Of a stretch of DNA of 64,000 bases, positions 63,502-64,000 are shown piece by piece; positions within the stretch are counted from its first letter, which is position 1; each line of letters opens with the position of its first letter. The notes under the pieces were generated by a model. That model saw only the letters and a list, made by a program, of their open reading frames with translations, had not been told where the DNA came from and made no database searches. Made by a program: the position numbers and the translations under genes. This DNA comes from Terriglobia bacterium (GTDB lineage Bacteria; Acidobacteriota; Terriglobia; JAJPHL01; JAPKYU01): assembly GCA_965223005.1 (NCBI GenBank), contig CBDCVK010000010.1:352001-416000 (forward strand), read 5' to 3'.

Positions 63502-64000
63502 CTAGGGCTGCGTTTGATCTGCGGCTGGTGCAGGGGTTTCCGGAGCCGGGGCTGGAGGCGCTGGTGTCTCCACACCCGCCGCATCGCCTGGCGTCTCCGG
63601 GGCGACAGCCTGGCGAAACTGTCTCATCATCTGCTGCAGCAAATCGAGCGTGGTGGGGTCTCCCTTGGTCAGGCCCACCGTCACCGAATCGCGCATCCGT
63701 AGGACCGACCCTAAAGCGAACTGCAACTTCGGCTGGGTATTCCGCGGCATTTCCAGGCGTACCTGGTCGAAGAACTTGGTGGAAAGTTCTTGCGCTTCTC
63801 CGTAGTCCCGCGCGGCGGTTTTCTCAATCAAGTGAAGCAGGCGGTTTTGAAGTTTGCAGATTCGGACGTGCGCCTCTGCCTCGTTCAGCTGCCCTCTGAC
63901 CAACTGCAATTCACCGTTCGCCGTCACCAGGCGCTGGTGTTCGGGCCAGTACCCGACGATGTAGGCGACAACAAGCAGCACGACTACGACCAGGGTGAGT
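63502..64000 (-). CDS. Hypothetical membrane-anchored coiled-coil protein, probably 5'-truncated
   Basis: Frame is open to the window edge; hydrophobic N-terminus, helical core, Pro/Ala-rich tail. Confidence 0.6.
   Translation of the reverse strand, partial: LTLVVVVLLVVAYIVGYWPEHQRLVTANGELQLVRGQLNEAEAHVRICKLQNRLLHLIEKTAARDYGEAQELSTKFFDQVRLEMPRNTQPKLQFALGSVLRMRDSVTVGLTKGDPTTLDLLQQMMRQFRQAVAPETPGDAAGVETPAPPAPAPETPAPAADQTQP

Overview
GC-rich bacterial chromosome segment, most likely Acidobacteriota (inferred from the Oar-type TonB-dependent receptors, the fabZ-lpxA-lpxI order and a GTTC-N7-(G/A)TTC LexA-type box). 1-30 kb is mostly housekeeping: HtpX-like protease, miaB, acs, fabZ-lpxA-lpxI-gnnA-like, tonB, miaA, mrp, namZ, tsaB, rimI. 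30-41.5 kb is a glycogen/trehalose operon (malQ-glgB-treZ-GH57-treY) with a probable glgE relic at its head. 41.7-63.3 kb is an uncharacterised envelope locus with five PQQ-like beta-propellers, a 1147-aa MacB/FtsX-type ABC permease and ATPase, a CxxC-bearing GT4, an MFS transporter and two TonB-dependent receptors. The best novelty candidates are this locus and a two-gene unit (5.3-8.3 kb) pairing an apparently POTRA-less Omp85 barrel with a signal-peptide-bearing protein that has atypical-kinase motifs. Other observations: a dppA cassette flanked by a 22-bp duplication of the tonB 3' end, an unlisted 33-aa membrane ORF before miaA, and degenerate heptamer repeat arrays. I recognised no rRNA, tRNA, CRISPR array, integrase or transposase. 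All calls rest on motif recognition by eye; no searches were run.
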